A DNA stretch of 64,000 nt. Source: Rhina ancylostomus. Its lineage: Eukaryota. The translations under genes and the position numbers were made by a program. Numbering within the stretch: position 1 is the first letter of the stretch; the number at the start of each line of letters is the position of its first letter. Below the pieces are notes generated by a model. It was given only the letters and a program-made list of their open reading frames with translations. It was not told the origin of the DNA and made no database searches. The stretch is from assembly GCA_030265395.1 (NCBI GenBank), contig JARFYF010000057.1:10599349-10663348 (forward strand), given 5' to 3'. Below, piece after piece: positions 50,591-62,165 of this stretch.

Positions 50591-52533
50591 AAATAGTAGT
50601 ACAAAAATGAATGCAGTAAAGCTATGTGCAATTTAATAATTGCCTTAATAAGAACCATTTTGGGTATAATCTATATTGTCTATCAAATTTGGGAAAAAAA
50701 ACAACCATTTAAATTCTGCTTTGCTTCACCACGCAAAATTGTCATCATTTTAACATATTAGTTATCTCTCAATAGCTTTTGAAATAAATGCCAGACTCTT
50801 CAAGGCTTTTGCATTTAATTTGTCAAAATCAACGCTTCTGGAAAATCTCAATGTCTCTGGTCCTAAATCAAATTAATGATTTAGGTTCAAATAACCCAAG
50901 AGACTTCATGTAGGTAGCTGCCCGAACAAAGGGAAAATGATATCCTTAATCAGATTTGCAATGAATAAATGGATATGAGACAGGTGAGCGCTTAGAATGT
51001 GGAGCAATGAATAAATAAGTTAGTCTAGTGAACAAAAAGTAAGTCCCAGTGTGTTAATCACTTGTTCATTAATTTATTGGTTCAATTTCTTTATCACAGT
51101 ACATCGAAGATATAAAATTCTTTTTGGTTATGGTATGTCTCCAATTTCATATGTTGCAAGACTTGGTGCTCCTTCTTTGCTAAGGGAGAATGATGTTGAC
51201 TCTCTTGGAATAGAGAGTGCCTGTAACAGTGTGCAGCTAGCTGTCACATTGCAGATGTTTTCAAATCCAGACAGGAATGAGCCCACACTGTAGAAGCTGA
51301 TCGCCACAGAGATTTTAACAGCTGCTAACAAAGTACTTCTCTCCCTGCTCTCCTAGTGAAGCTGTGGATGTGGCTTATCTCAGTGAGGGAATCCTTACTG
51401 AACTGCAGAAATCTCGCATGTTATTCCTCGCTCAGGGACATGATGAGAGGATTGTTCCTTGGACACTCTTGGTGAATGTATCCAGCTGCTAAATTCCTTT
51501 CTCCTGTTTCCTCCCCCATTCTGTTCCAGCAGCAGCTACCGCTCTGTGTGCACTCTGTTCATTCTTCCTGTTGAGGAATGAAGATTCATCATGTTTTGTC
51601 ATTGAGACTGTGGATGAATAGAGTCCATGATATGAAGTTTTCTAAACAGGAGTGTGCACTAAGAGCCAATGGGTAGTTAGATATCAGGACAGGAAGCAAG
51701 TTGTTTGATGGGCTGATCTGTGATAGTTGTTCTCGTGGAGAAAATGATCTTTTGGAAGGATCATTTGAAACTTGGTTTTGTCGTGGAGATAAAATGGTGG
51801 CAATCAGTTGGTAGAGAGAAGAATGTGAGGGCAAACAGGAGGAGCAATGCTCACAACTGTGACTCTCTGAATCTTGGAACTGAGCCTTTATTAATTTTAA
51901 GGAAGTAGCAAAAGCTAATACTTGGAGAACAGGAATTTGGGAAGCATGTGACCCAGAGAGAATTTTAAAAAAAGATTTTTTAAATCCTAAAAGAATTTCA
52001 GTTTTCATTGGATTTAAGGTGGCAAATGCAGAATCTTTTTTATCTTGGCAATTTACTAACATAAAATGTTACTCTAAACCCCAATATGGTTAGAAACGTG
52101 AAGTACATTTTGGTGGATATGTTGCACCTTGAGCACTTTGTCTAGTCTTGGGCATAAAACTGTCAAGCTGAGGAGGTGATAAAGAGAAGAACTGAGCATC
52201 ATTCAAGGAACCTGAGTTATTGCAAATAAGAATCAACATTGGCTTTTTGCCCTTGAAAGGAACATATGAAAGGACATCTGAGATAGTGAAAGGTAAACCT
52301 GGAACGTTGTTACAATGCCATAAGACAAAGGCACACCAATTCAAATTGTTAACTTTAGAAACTTTAGGACTGACATCAGGTGTTAATTAATTTCCATTAG
52401 CTGTCTTGTTTTCAATGCTGCATGTGTCCTGAACTGCAAACTTTAGCCCTTTATGGGTTTTTCAATAATAATAGTCACTAAAACTTCTGTTTAATGTGGT
52501 TTTTTTGATCCCCTCTTATGATTGCATCACAAG

Positions 52534-52771
52534 TTATCCAACATGACGAGTTTTTCTGAATTCTGGGATGAAGTTCGGTGGTTAACAAATCCAAACACAA
52601 CTGGATCACCAAAAATGATGTTTCAGGCAATATCAAAGATTGTTTGTGGGCATCCAGATGGAGGTGGTCTGCGCGTACCTTCACTGAACTGGTATGAAGA
52701 TGATGACTACAAGGCCTTATTTGGCAGGAACAGCACAAATGATGGAATGATCACATTTGACAATTCAACAC
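52534..52771 (+). CDS. ABCA7: ABCA7-like exon 9: LSNMTSFSEFWDEVRWLTNPNTTGSPKMMFQAISKIVCGHPDGGGLRVPSLNWYEDDDYKALFGRNSTNDGMITFDNST(P)
   Basis: IVCGHPDGGGL..SLNWYED..YKALFG motif (ORF 52522..52794); acceptor cacaag| at 52533; C|gtgagt donor; 238 nt. Confidence 0.93.
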
Positions 52772-53079
52772 GTGAGTGTAACTTTATTCCTTAAATAAAT
52801 CTTAAAAGAAGGAAATCTGTTGGGCTAGAATTTGCTGCCAGAAGTGAGCCATCACTGGTAATTATTCACCAACATTGTAAAAATGAACATACATTTTGTG
52901 GATCCACCTTTATCAATGCACTCTCAAGCTAGTGCATGGAGAGGACTAGAAAAAGCCTTGCTCAAAAAATAGCTGAAAAATTATTTGCATCTGTGTGAAT
53001 CATACAGCCATGAATGCCTCTGATGTTCAGAGGCATTCTGAAACCATTAGGAAAAAAATCAAACAATTAAAATGTTGTA

Positions 53080-54320
53080 ATGTGCCAAATCCACAGATGA
53101 GATGTTGTTCCTCAATTTTTTTGAGTTCCTTTGGAGGTTATGGGTAGAGACGTTCGAGTGAGATCGAAACAGAATTAAAATGACAGTGACCGTAAGCTCA
53201 GGATTCGACAACCTGTTCTGCAAATCAATCATCTAATCTGTGTTTGATCTCTTTAATATAACGGAAGTCACATCAGAAGCTGAAAATGCAGTTTACTAAA
53301 TTGAAAGACATGCACATAAATTGATGCTTTATGTGGAAAGCTCGTTAGGACATGGAAGGTGGGAAGGGAAGAGGTTAAAATCAAAAGCAGTGTTGGAGTA
53401 AGCCAGAGTACCCAGAATGGAACAATCTGTCCAAAATTGTGCAGAGGAAGGACAGAAAAATGGGTCTGCTGGTGGTGTGTGTCAGAAATTGCAGAGACTG
53501 TTGCACTGAATGTGAAGGTTGGTGAAGTGCAAAGTGAGGATGGGAGGAATCTTACCCAGGTTCTGGGAGGGGAAGGAAGTGAACAGAACACAGGAAATGG
53601 AACGCTCACAGTTGAGGTCCTTGACAACCACATTAGAGGGAATCTGCGGTTGAGAAGAAGGGTAGTATTGGTGTGAAAAGTGACATTGTTAAAGCAGGTC
53701 CTTGGAGATAGAGATCCCGTGAGAATGGAATGGAGTGCTTGGAGTGAGCAGGGTGCTGGGAGTGCAGTCAAGGAACCTGTGGGAATCAGTGTAAACATAG
53801 AGAGCATTCAGGTTGACGGCTTATTTAAATAAGATGCATTGCAATACAGAAAGAGGCCATTTAGCTCATTAGTCCTATTCTCCCTCTTTATTTCCATGTA
53901 TCCTGCAAATTGTCCTCTCTCTGATACCCATCTACTCCTCCTTGATTCTTTTTCCATTTTCCTACACTGAGGGTAATTTCTTGTGGCTTTGGGATATTGG
54001 AGGAAACCAGAGCACACGATGGAAATCTACACAACCACAGGGACAATGTGCAAACATCACCCAGATAACATCTGAGATCATGACCAAACCTGTGTTCCTG
54101 GAGCTGTGAGGTAGCAATTAACGGCTGTACCACTGTATCTCGTTCTATATATGGAAAGAAAAAGTCAAAAATGGACCAGGTGAACATAAGAGCAGAGTGG
54201 AACTTGGCAGCAAATGTGATGAAATCTTGATACAATTATTAATGCAGTGGTGAGGCAGAGGTGCAGGGGAGAACCTGAATCAGGAATGTTTCACAAGTCC
54301 CATAAAGAGATGAGCGTAGC
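53080..54320 (-). mobile_element. Penelope-like retroelement remnant (RT C-terminus plus GIY-YIG), split by a SINE
   Basis: QDFITFAAKFHSALMFTWSIFD (54235-54150) and, near 53330-53210, KHQFMCMSFNLVNCIFS*CDFRYIKEIKHRLDD*FAEQ, a degenerate GIY-YIG motif. Confidence 0.75.
53840..54140 (-). mobile_element. HE1-like V-SINE nested in the Penelope remnant
   Basis: ttgggatattggaggaaaccagagcacacg..ggaaatctacacaaccacagggacaatgtgcaaac..cctggagctgtgaggtagca..ctgtaccactgt. Confidence 0.8.
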
Positions 54321-55049
54321 TTGAATTCATATTATTTCCATACCAACATTTTTTTTGTTGTTTGGAGGATGAGTACAGTCAAAGGACAAGTTTTGCAGAA
54401 TGAGAACAAGTTTAGCTAGGCAGAGGAGGTGGAGTGGATGGACTTAGTTCAAAAAAGAAGCAAAGAGTTGAAGCTAGGATGTGGGATGCTGTTTAGAAGA
54501 ATAAGGGTGTAAATTGTTTTGGTAAAGGTGGATAATATGTGAATGTGCCACAGGACCTGGCATAGATTTCAAGATGAATTGGAATTCAGGGAGTCTGGGG
54601 ATTGAGAAAATAGCAAGGATGCTCTTGCAAAATTAAATTTGAAAATACCAGTGTGGTGATAATAAGTTTAAGCAATAACATAGTGGGAGAAGGGCAGCTG
54701 TGCAGCATATTAGAGGTGACTGTCTTGGTGATGGATGAGATATGTTTTCTGAACCAGTTCAGAGTCGAGTAAAATTCTGAGGTTTTGTATAATTGAGCTG
54801 AAACACCATCCAAAGAGGGAGATGTGATCACATTGTCGCATGGCCATTTCTCGATATGGAACTTTGATGTATTACCTGCTGAGCTGTTCTAAGTTTTAGT
54901 TCATCCATAAACCATGTTGGACAGTTACAAAATCAATGGAGAACAGGAAAAGTAAAATAAGAAAACCTTTGCAGGTGCAATTTATTGAGGAGCAATTGGT
55001 GAAATTAAGGATGGAGACTTGGTTTGCACAGGAGCCGACCCTGAACGGG

Positions 55050-55325
55050 TAATATAGGAACATGCAGATTAGAAGCAGGAGGAGCCCTTTGAGCATTCAA
55101 TGAGATTATGGTGATTTGACTGTAACCTCAGCCCTGCATTCCCATCTACCACCCCCCTCCCCACCCCACCAATAACCTCTTGCCCCTAGCTTAGCAAATA
55201 TTTATCTCCGCCTTTAAAAATATTCAAAGACTCTTATTCCTTTGCTCTTTGAAAAAGAAGTTCCAAGAACTCATGACTCTGAGTGCAGAAAAAAAATTGC
55301 CTCATCTCTGAATTAAGTGGGTAAC
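55050..55325 (-). mobile_element. CR1 LINE 3' tail fragment
   Basis: ggaacatgcagattagaagcagga..cattcaatgagattatg...aaaatattcaaagactc...gttccaagaactcatgactctgagtg. Confidence 0.6.
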
Positions 55326-55384
55326 TGATTAGAAAGGGTGGAGTAAGTTTTACTGTGCATTTAACCGGTGCTGTACATGTTAAG

Positions 55385-55680
55385 ATGTAATTTCAGTAAC
55401 CCTCTTGGATAGATGTAAAAAATCTCATGACATCTTTCCAAAGAAGGACAAAGGAATTTTTCCTGATACCCTGACAAAACTTATCCCTTAATCAGCATCT
55501 CTGAAATACTCATATTAATCTGGGCATTAGTATATTTCTGTGAAAGGATCTTGCTATATGCAAATTTACTGCTACATTTCCTGCCTTATAACACAGACTA
55601 CATATCAAAAATACTTCATTTGATTTAAAGCAAATTGGGACACTGAGATTGTGAAAGATGTTGTAAAATTGCAAGTTTTT
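55385..55680 (+). mobile_element. Deu-domain SINE fragment
   Basis: ggatagatgtaaaaaatctcatgac...cctgacaaaacttatccctt...atcttgctatatgcaaatttactgctacatttcctgcctta...aaaaatacttcatt. Confidence 0.6.
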
Positions 55681-55879
55681 TAAAAATATCTATTTTAACA
55701 ATGCTTTGTTTTTGGATTTAACCCCTTAAGCTTTCAAACTTTTTTGGAAATGTTGAATGATTTTCAGACCTCTCTGTGATGGGCAATGGGAGCTCAGAAT
55801 GCAAATGCTACTTTAAATTATTAAAAAAACAGAAAACATGAGAGTTGTGTAACCAAATCCCTCTCTTTGTTTTGCATAG

Positions 55880-56019
55880 CACCTCACTGTAAAGATCTGA
55901 TTAAGACTCTTGAATCTAACCCAATCTCTCGGATTATGTGGAGAGGCATCAAGCCACTTTTTGTGGGGAAAATTCTATACACTCCAGATACTCCAGCTAC
56001 ACTGAAAATAATGAAAGAG
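55880..56019 (+). CDS. ABCA7: ABCA7-like exon 10: (P)[46 protein letters not shown]
   Basis: ttttgcatag| acceptor and GAG|gtactt donor; 140 nt; conserved [16 protein letters not shown]. Confidence 0.95.
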
Positions 56020-56269
56020 GTACTTTTTGATTAAAAATGCTATCTTCACTGAAGTCTTTGTTATTGAAGTCAGTGACCGTGAAATCAGAACAAGATGCAA
56101 GTATTTCAGAGATCTAGTTTGTTTTGACCCTTGAGATAACACAGAGCTTCTTTGCTTGGTCAATCTAATTTTGGCATCAACTAGCATTTAAATAATTTTG
56201 CGTACACTTAGTCATGTCCTGGGAAAGGAACAGCAAAGTAAGTTTAAGAAATCTTCACATTGTATGGAT

Positions 56270-57050
56270 TTCATAAAATCACAGAATCGTACAGCGCAGA
56301 AATGGGCCCTCTCAGCCCACCTCATCCATGCTAACTGTGATGGCTATCTATGCTGGTCCCATTTTTCCACATTAATCGTGATGCCTAACTATGCTGGTCC
56401 TATTTGCCCACATTAGGCCCACGTCCCTCTATGTCTTTCCAATCCAAGTATTGTCCAAATGCGTTTCAGTCATTGTAATTATATCTACCTCTACCACCTC
56501 TTCTGGCAACTCATTCCAGATGACCACCATCCTCTGAGTGTAAAACTTACCCCTAAGATCTCCTTTGAATTATCCCCCTCTCTAATCCAGTGCCCTCTAT
56601 TTGTTGAAACCCTTACACTGGGAGAGAAAGGCTCTGTCTCTCTATCCTATCCATGCCCCTCATACTTCTAAGATGCACTATAAGGTTACCCATCAGCCTT
56701 CTACGTTCAAGTGAGAATAAACCCGCCTCCTCTAATCTCTCCCTATAACTGCAGCCCTCCACTCCAGGTAACATCTTGGTGAATCTCTTCTGAACTCTTT
56801 CTAATGCTACCACATCCTTCCTTTAGTGTGGTGACCAGAACTGTACACTATACTCCAAGTGTGGCCTAACCAATGTTTTGTAAAGCTGCAACGTAACGTC
56901 CCAATTCTTAATGCCTCAGCCTATGGAGGAAAGCTCAACAAATGCCTTCTTCACCACCCGAGCTACCAGTGTCAGCATAGCCAGACTACTATGGAGTTGC
57001 AACCTCTGTATATCAATGCTCCTTCATTATCAATATAGTTCCTTAAGCAC
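56270..57050 (-). mobile_element. CR1 LINE 3' fragment, fairly well preserved
   Basis: VALERVQKRFTKMLPGVEGCSYRERLEEAGLFSLERRRLMGNLI (ORF 56613..56813); upstream YKTLVRPHLEYSVQFWSPH. Confidence 0.9.
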
Positions 57051-57307
57051 CTAACATGAAGAAGCAGAATGATTTTGACTGGTCTCATGGACTATTTTTA
57101 TTGCTCCATGGATGTAAATTGTAAATTGAAACTGAACAAATGTTTATCAAATGAATTCTTTTGTGCTATTGTATTTGGGTGTTTGTACAATTGGCCAGTG
57201 CAGATTGAATTCAGGATATCAATAGGAATTCAAAATCTCATCTTGAAAATGTTGCGGGCTTTCAGCTCTGCAGATGCAAATACTTTTCCTTCTTTCTTGT
57301 TTGTTAG

Positions 57308-57424
57308 CTTAACAGAACGTTTGAGGATCTTGGTTTGTTGCGGGAAGTGCGGGGAGCTTGGAATGAAACGGGGCCGCATATATGGAAGTTTATGGAAAAT
57401 AGTAAGGAAATCCATCTCCTGCAG
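57308..57424 (+). CDS. ABCA7: ABCA7-like exon 11: LNRTFEDLGLLREVRGAWNETGPHIWKFMENSKEIHLLQ
   Basis: ttgtttgttag| acceptor and CAG|gtttgt donor; 117 nt; close to ABCA7 VNRTFEELTLLRDVREVWEMLGPRIFTFMN. Confidence 0.94.
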
Positions 57425-58196
57425 GTTTGTATCTCATTTTCAGAAATGTACTTGTTTGCCTTATTTGATAGAAGTCGTTCTTCTGTATCAGAACTTTGTG
57501 TGTTGCTACACCATTTCAAGCTTTGACGTGCAGTAAAGTTCATGTCCAAGGAAGCACTTCTCCAAATGTGGTTTTGAACCCAGGTCCTATTTGGTGTTTT
57601 AGCCAAACATTTAAAATCCCTTGTCATGATGTCGAGAAAAGAGAGTATTCTCTTTGACTGAAATTAGCTCAAAACAATTTAACAGGTCCTTATCTCATTG
57701 CAGCTTGGGCAGTTTTTGATGCAAACTGTTGTTTTGCCAACATAACAGTAATTGCAATAAAAAAGACATATTGATTTAAAAACATTCCGATACAAATTGG
57801 TTGTTCAGATATATAAAACACAGTGATTTTTAAAAATTGAATGAAGGATGAATTTGCCTCTAAGTAGTGTGTCACAGACAGCCTGGGTGTTGGCCAGGTC
57901 CCTCCAGTGGCCTGGCTGCTCCTTCTGAAATGCCAGGTACTGGAGCAGGCTGGTTCGTAAACTGGTGTATAATCATCCTTTCACTGGCTTGAGTTCCAAT
58001 GTGAGGTCTCCTATAGTCTACACATCATTGAGTTGCCTGAATCAATTTCACCAATAAAGATGAATGCCAACCAGTACCTCAAACTGTTCGGTTCTGGCAC
58101 ACGGGCAAAAATGGGGGAATTCACCCAGTTCAACAGTGTGCATCATTAATGTACCTACCACATTTATGAAGGCTCATACTGTTTTGCCTTTTTCAG

Positions 58197-58385
58197 GAAA
58201 TACTGAAGAACCCTGCAGTCTCCAGCCTCATTGACCTACAGCTCAATTCTACCTCTTGGAGTACAGCGAGTATAGCTACTTTCCTGTCAAACCAAACTCA
58301 GGAGAGTGACAAATCCGTTTACACATGGAAACAAGCTTACAAAGAAGTAGATCAAATGGTCATCTCTTTGTCACAAGTCATTGAG
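58197..58385 (+). CDS. ABCA7: ABCA7-like exon 12: EILKNPAVSSLIDLQLNSTSWSTASIATFLSNQTQESDKSVYTWKQAYKEVDQMVISLSQVIE
   Basis: gcctttttcag| acceptor and GAG|gtatgt donor; 189 nt; SVYTWKQAY matches ABCA1 SVYTWREAF. Confidence 0.92.
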
Positions 58386-58944
58386 GTATGTTCTTATAAA
58401 AACTTGCAATGTTTCTAAGGCTTCCAGCTGAGGAAAAGGTGTCCAACTTGTTAAGAGCTCCAGAACTTTAGGGGTTTTTTTTAATCCACACATTGCTGGT
58501 AGTTGGTTTAGTTCAGTAGCTCAAATAATTTGTAGAGTAAAGAAAGCTTGGACTGTGTTTAATTTTCACCCACTTCCCTGGACTCAGGATTTAAGGGAAT
58601 TTCTAGTCCATAAGTACTTGCGTGTTTATTCCCACATTTCTCAGTCAGATGGATTGAGGTGATTTGGTGGAAGAGCAATCAACCCCTGGCATTCTGACAC
58701 CATCTGACTTGCTGGAGAGGGGAAGTGTGCCACCGAGTGCCATGCAAACTTGCAAATTGTTTGGCCAATATACCTGTCCTGGTTAAAGAGCTGGTAGTAT
58801 GTGTAACCTATATGAATCTTTAGCTATTGGTAAATGTATTGGGAGGTGGTAGGTTGTGGGACATATTATGTATGAGTCCTGCACAATAGTAATTTTGGTA
58901 GTCAAGTGATGGGATTAAATAGCATTGAGCAGTGTTGAAACCTT

Positions 58945-59012
58945 AGGATTTACACTTTTATCATCATTTTGCCTAGTTCATTGAGCAAAATGATGATAAA
59001 GATGTCAACCCT
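58945..59012. repeat. Isolated inverted repeat (about 28-bp arms, 12-nt loop) in the intron between exons 12 and 13
   Basis: tttatcatcattttgc (58957-58972) is the perfect reverse complement of gcaaaatgatgataaa (58985-59000); the stem extends with 3 mismatches and one G-U pair. Confidence 0.85.
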
Positions 59013-61162
59013 CGCCTCGACCACATAAGAGATCCGTAATTAATTTCCTGCACTGAAGCCGGGCTTGACTCCTGGCATTGTCTTCTCCTGTGGCCTTCTC
59101 CATTGGCACTTGACAATATGTCCAGAAGGTTACCTATTCATCTCTGGCTGGAGGATGTATTTTAGCCTCTTCATCATGTCCAGCGGTGGCTGTAGAGCAG
59201 ACTCTGAGGGATAGGAGACCCATTCCCTTCTATGGTCTGCCAACCCTATTGCAGAGTTCTCCCAGATATGAACTTCCAACACAGTTTGCAGCTCTAAAGC
59301 AACCCCTGCTCTCCCCCTCAAACTGCATGGCCTGGAGTTGATTATTGCTGNNNNNNNNNNNNNNNNNNNNNNNNNNNNNNNNNNNNNNNNNNNNNNNNNN
59401 NNNNNNNNNNNNNNNNNNNNNNNNNNNNNNNNNNNNNNNNNNNNNNNNNNCCAGCTCTACCTGCAGCCAGCCACTGCAGAATCTGCCAAGCTTATATCAA
59501 TGCTGAAGCCAGGAACAGCATGGTTAACTTTGTCTAGTTGCTAAGATCATCATATTTTGAGCATAAATTTCCCATGTAATCACTACTGACAAAAGTTGTT
59601 GTGGCCTAACTGCCCATTGCCAGTGTGCCAAATCTTATCCAGTTTCTCTCCTGAGTGTTTCAGATTAATTACTTGTGGTCGGCATAACAACCAATACTTC
59701 TCCTAACCCTGCAAATCCGCTAACTTTCCTTCCTGGATGTCAGCTGACTACCTTGGCTAAGATTGTTCCAGGGGTTTTGTCATTCTCAAATGAAACTCAT
59801 AAACAAGATCATTTGTCCGACTAAACACATTTCTGCCTTTTTATTTTTTCTAATCACTTGTGACATTGGAAAAAATAAGGCTTTTTATTCTGGTGAGAAA
59901 CCTGAGTGGAGTCACACAGTGTTGGGCAGCACCAACTTTAAAATGAGTGGGAGAGAATAAAAGATAAATCCAATGAGTGGTGGCAAGGTGATGCCAAGCT
60001 TAAACGTTTGTGAAACATAGAATACAAGGAAGACTGAACATGGTGAGGAATTCTGTAACGATCATCAGTCTGTGATGGTTCTTGATTTCAACGCTGAATG
60101 GATGCAAGAAGCAACAGTGTGAATACCCAAGAAGCTTGAAAAGAGCGAAAGAGGAAAGTTCAGAGGAGCACAGGTACTTGACGAATTAGAGAGAAATAAG
60201 AAGGGTCCCAGTGGAGGATGGCAGAGGTTGAAGGTAGATAAACAAATCTCTCAACTTATTTTGTTTGATGATCAGCCCATATTAGAATTTGTGTTCCTGG
60301 CCCAGATGTGCCCTGTTTATAATCTCAGTTCTCTGTGGAGTACTTTCACTATATCTCCTCACAAGTAAACAACAGAGACCTTTACATATACACTGGTTAT
60401 TGCATCTAAAGGACACTCCATACACGGAATGGAAATTGGAGTGTTCAATTTATACTGTCGCTCGACTGGTTTGTTGCAACATGGAAACTGCACCTAAAGC
60501 TTTGTTCTTTGACACCTGAAGCCTGTGTTACAAACACTAATTTTCATAGTTGATTTCTGTAGTCAATGCTGTCATTGATTTATTTAGGCCTAACAAGAAG
60601 AGAAATGCAAGACACTGTCACTGTCACTGTCAGCTGACCCCTTATGTTATTTTGATGCTACTGCAGTCAGTGCTGCTTTGACCTTTCCTCTTATTTCTCT
60701 AAAGCTCCGAATCTCTCACCTCACAAAATTCTAATCCTCATTTTTTTCTCCCTGCATCTCACAGTATTTCAATTAAAACTTGTGACTTCCAATGTAATTC
60801 ATTCTTTGCCAGAACGTTCTTGCCCTGATTATAGACATATAATAGAAACATTATTCACAAATGCTGACTAAACTGAGTGTTTTTAGAGTTTTCTCTCTTT
60901 GTTTCATATTTCCAGTATCTATTGTTTTTATTTGCCTCCAGCTACAATCTAGAACTGAATAAACCACTCCTCCATTCCTCTTTTTTTTTCTCCAAAACTT
61001 CCATTGATAATATCCTGTCCAATAATCTTTGACCTGGGTTTTCCATAAGCCTGCTTTAGTCCCCTATTTTTATATTATTTATGGATAACACAGCAATCAT
61101 TGGGGCCAGTAAAATTCAAGTGCATTATTTTAAATTCCTCATCCTTCTTTTTTTCTTGACAG

Positions 61163-61377
61163 TGCATATCCTTGAACAAATTAGAAGCTGTCCCGACTGA
61201 AGAGAAGTTGGTGGTCCGGGCATTGCAGCTCCTGACGGAGAGACAATTCTGGGCTGGCGTTGTGTTTATGAACGAGGAACAGATGGGCACTGAGCTACAT
61301 AATCTTCAGCCACACATCAAATACAAGATCAGGATGGACATCGATGATGTCACTCGGACCAATAAAATCAAGGACAG
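61163..61377 (+). CDS. ABCA7: ABCA7-like exon 13: CISLNKLEAVPTEEKLVVRALQLLTERQFWAGVVFMNEEQMGTELHNLQPHIKYKIRMDIDDVTRTNKIKD(R/S)
   Basis: ttttcttgacag| acceptor and AG|gtctga donor; 215 nt; FWAGVVF and YKIRMDID motifs (ORF 61172..61429). Confidence 0.96.
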
Positions 61378-61879
61378 GTCTGATTGGCTTTTCCATTCCT
61401 ACGAGAATCTGAGCTCATTTGCCTCGTAGCTGCTTTTGATCTGTCTCCATAAATTGTTGCAAATGAAAATGCTTCCACCATACTTCATGCAAAGTTTTGG
61501 TGGTGGACAGGGTCAAGATTANNNNNNNNNNNNNNNNNNNNNNNNNNNNNNNNNNNNNNNNNNNNNNNNNNNNNNNNNNNNNNNNNNNNNNNNNNNNNNN
61601 NNNNNNNNNNNNNNNNNNNNNAAATGAAAATGCTTCCACCATACTTCATGCAAAGTTTTGGTGGTGGAAAGGGTCAAGATTAAGGCTATGTAAATGTTCT
61701 CTAGCCATTCCAGAAGTTTGAATGAAATGATCAAAAATTTAGGCGCACTAATAAAGCCAAGTGCTAAGCTACGCCACTTCCCATTAACTTCCCAAGGAAG
61801 TTGTGGCATTAAAAGCTGTGACAAATAATAGCCATCATATCTCTAAGTAATGCACACCCTGGGCACCTTTCAGATGAGT

Positions 61880-62165
61880 CAACGAACCCAGCTTCTGTTC
61901 ACCTTCATAGGTGGATGTAAAAATTCCCTTCTGCTATTTGGAAGAGAAGGGCAATTCTTCATGGTGTGCTGTTCAATAATTAACCCTCAAACAGCATTCC
62001 TAAAATGAATTAGCTTGTCATTGTCACATTGTTGTTTCTAGGAGCTTGCTATGTACAAATTGGCTGGTTCATTTACTGTACTTCAATAGTGATTGCACTT
62101 TGGAACTACTGTATTGGCTGAAAAGTACTGAGATCATGAAAGGCACCAGGTCTATGTAGGGTTTA
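61880..62165 (+). mobile_element. Deu-domain SINE fragment
   Basis: aggtggatgtaaaaattccc..gctatttggaagagaagggc..ttc..tggtgtgctg..caata...cattgttgtttctaggagcttgctatgtacaaattggctg. Confidence 0.65.

Larger units (their letters stand above)
24735..61377 (+). other. ABCA7: ABCA-subfamily lipid transporter gene, ABCA7-like; 5' portion with 12 coding exons, 3' end outside the window
   Basis: Manual splicing gives coding exons of 66, 94, 142, 128, 122, 195, 90, 238, 140, 117, 189 and 215 nt (1736 nt) with no stop, GT-AG introns and compatible phases. Motifs closer to ABCA7 than ABCA1: [69 protein letters not shown]. Family membership is secure. ABCA7 versus ABCA1 orthology rests on recalled motifs, not a tree. 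Confidence 0.85.

Noticed and set aside
53268-53807. 179-aa minus-strand ORF
   Set aside because: An off-frame reading of a decayed Penelope element, not a functional gene.
57069-57536. 155-aa ORF overlapping exon 11
   Set aside because: It is in a different frame from the conserved exon and has no recognisable protein features.
61462-61682. Near-identical 60-bp sequence on both sides of the 100-N gap at 61522-61621
   Set aside because: Most likely overlapping contig ends, possibly from two haplotypes given the single mismatch, joined by a placeholder gap; not a real tandem repeat.
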